Assembly: GCA_016872355.1 (NCBI GenBank)
Contig: VGZY01000005.1
Coordinates: 6,547-70,546, forward strand
Source of the DNA: SAR202 cluster bacterium
GTDB taxonomy: Bacteria > Chloroflexota > Dehalococcoidia > Lucifugimonadales > VGZY01
DNA: 64,000 nt
Reading direction: 5' to 3'
The notes below the pieces were generated by a model. The model saw only the letters and a list, made by a program, of their open reading frames with translations. It made no database searches and was not told where the DNA came from. Made by a program: the position numbers and the translations under genes. Shown in pieces: positions 63,087-64,000 of this stretch. Positions within the stretch are counted from its first letter, which is position 1. Each line of letters opens with the position of its first letter.

Positions 63087-64000
63087 ATGTCCGACTACCA
63101 GCCGCTCGATATCTCGGCCCTCTGCAGCTCAAACATGTCGGCAATCGGTGAAACGGGCGCCGACGGCCTCGGAAACCAGACGATGCTCGGGCTGCCGTTC
63201 CTTGTCGGTGCGCCTGCGGCAAAGGACGGCGATAACTGTTTCATCGACCTTCGGGGAGACAGCGCGCCTGTCACAGTCCCCATCCGTAGCCGGGCGCGCA
63301 ACGTGGTCATCGCCCACAGGCTGCTGGAGACCTCTGTCCCTCAGGGCGGCCTGATCGGCAACCACGTCGCGGACTACGTGTTCAGGCTCGCGGACGGCTC
63401 CATTGAGACGGTGAAGGTCCGCGAGAGGTTCCAGATTTCCGCCATCAACCCGCCTTACCACCGGCCTACCTACACGGGGGCGCCGTACCTGCCGTTCGAC
63501 GCCGTGCGGGATACTCACGATGCCCTGATGCCGCGGTACGAGGGCAGGTGGGACGACATGGGCAATCGCCAGTCCGAAGGCCTGCAAGGGTTCTCGAAGC
63601 GCTACTTCCTCTGGCACTGGCGCAACCCGAAGCCGGATGTCGAAATCGAGTCGTTCACCATCGTGCCCGTGCGGCAGCGCTTCATCATCGCCGCCGTAAC
63701 GCTCGGCCACGCGGACGAGGACCCGTTCGTGCTCGACGCCCGCCGGGCGGCGAAGATCGTCCTCAAGGACCCGGAGCGGGCGGCGAAGCCCTTCTCAGTC
63801 GATGTGAGCGTGGACCGCGGCGTCGCCTCGTACGCCTTTCCCCTTCCTCTCAGCACGCCGGATGAATTCCTGGCGGACGCCCTCAAGGGCTGGGGCGAGA
63901 AGGACAACGAGACATCCAGCCCGTCTTACGTGGAGGTCTCCGCGACGCCGTCCGCGACCGTCACCGTGAAACAGGGCGACGAGGTCGTAGGGACGGTCAA
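63087..64000 (+). CDS. Hypothetical protein, 3' end outside the window
   Basis: ATG 63087 (GCGAGG upstream). The frame is open for 304 codons to the window edge (MSDYQPLDISALCSS...), which explains its absence from the ORF track. GC3-rich codon usage. The listed antisense ORF 63129..63710 is a shadow ORF. Confidence 0.55.
   Translation, partial: MSDYQPLDISALCSSNMSAIGETGADGLGNQTMLGLPFLVGAPAAKDGDNCFIDLRGDSAPVTVPIRSRARNVVIAHRLLETSVPQGGLIGNHVADYVFRLADGSIETVKVRERFQISAINPPYHRPTYTGAPYLPFDAVRDTHDALMPRYEGRWDDMGNRQSEGLQGFSKRYFLWHWRNPKPDVEIESFTIVPVRQRFIIAAVTLGHADEDPFVLDARRAAKIVLKDPERAAKPFSVDVSVDRGVASYAFPLPLSTPDEFLADALKGWGEKDNETSSPSYVEVSATPSATVTVKQGDEVVGTV

Noticed and set aside
63129-63710. 193-aa minus-strand ORF, the only ORF listed in the track for this interval.
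   Set aside because: The plus strand frame starting at ATG 63087 stays open to the window edge, has an SD and GC3-rich codon usage, and gives a normal-looking protein. It is missing from the track only because it has no stop inside the window. The minus ORF is its shadow.
1-64000. Mobile genetic elements, prophage genes, tRNA/rRNA genes, integrases, IS inverted repeats.
   Set aside because: No transposase, integrase, phage structural or tRNA-like sequence was recognised on either strand. The low-GC patches (TA modules, the 32.6-33.5 kb islet, the methyltransferase fossil) have no recognisable mobility genes or terminal repeats.

Overview
GC-rich, gene-dense bacterial chromosomal segment (about 60-65% GC in the 60-nt lines I counted by hand). 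I call roughly 60 protein-coding genes and recognise no rRNA, tRNA, CRISPR array, transposase or integrase. Gene order: a MacA/MacB-type tripartite ABC efflux operon plus a Gly/Gln-rich lipoprotein (1-4437); an ECF sigma / putative anti-sigma pair; threonine aldolase; a 645-aa unknown protein. A minus-strand operon follows with an AI-2E-family transporter and three tandem paralogous sulfatases that lack signal peptides, one carrying an N-terminal 2-TM extension (9670-15983). Next is a co-directional array of VapB-VapC, M19 dipeptidase, a second PIN protein and a small repeat protein (16554-19225). Then come hydantoinase A/B with a P-loop NTPase, HAD hydrolase, ParDE, and a CoA-transferase / acyl-CoA synthetase / acyl-CoA dehydrogenase cluster. 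After these are a GYD protein, aldo/keto reductase, Leu/Val/Phe-type dehydrogenase, FAD oxidoreductase, a second MacB-like ABC pair with a 1154-aa permease, and several small membrane and enzyme genes. ilvE is preceded by what looks like a Val-rich leader-peptide attenuator and is followed by a fusion of a partial periplasmic-binding-protein-like region to a legumain (C13) protease domain. The last section holds CorA, an extradiol dioxygenase, MarR plus a short RND pump, an enolase-superfamily enzyme, and a glycan-related cluster (GH33 sialidase, beta-propeller hydrolase-like protein, serine hydrolase, TIM-barrel-like protein). That last 15 kb contains three in-frame stop codons. One of them lies inside a fossil of a restriction-modification/BREX-type methyltransferase C-terminus. 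The main candidates for something new are the ilvE attenuator with the PBP-legumain gene, the cytoplasmic sulfatase / AI-2E operon with its membrane-tethered sulfatase, and the PIN / overlapping small-ORF pair. All functional calls come from motif recognition by eye; no database search was possible. The lineage cannot be determined from this window; the gene content is reminiscent of marine or sponge-associated Chloroflexota, but that is only an impression.
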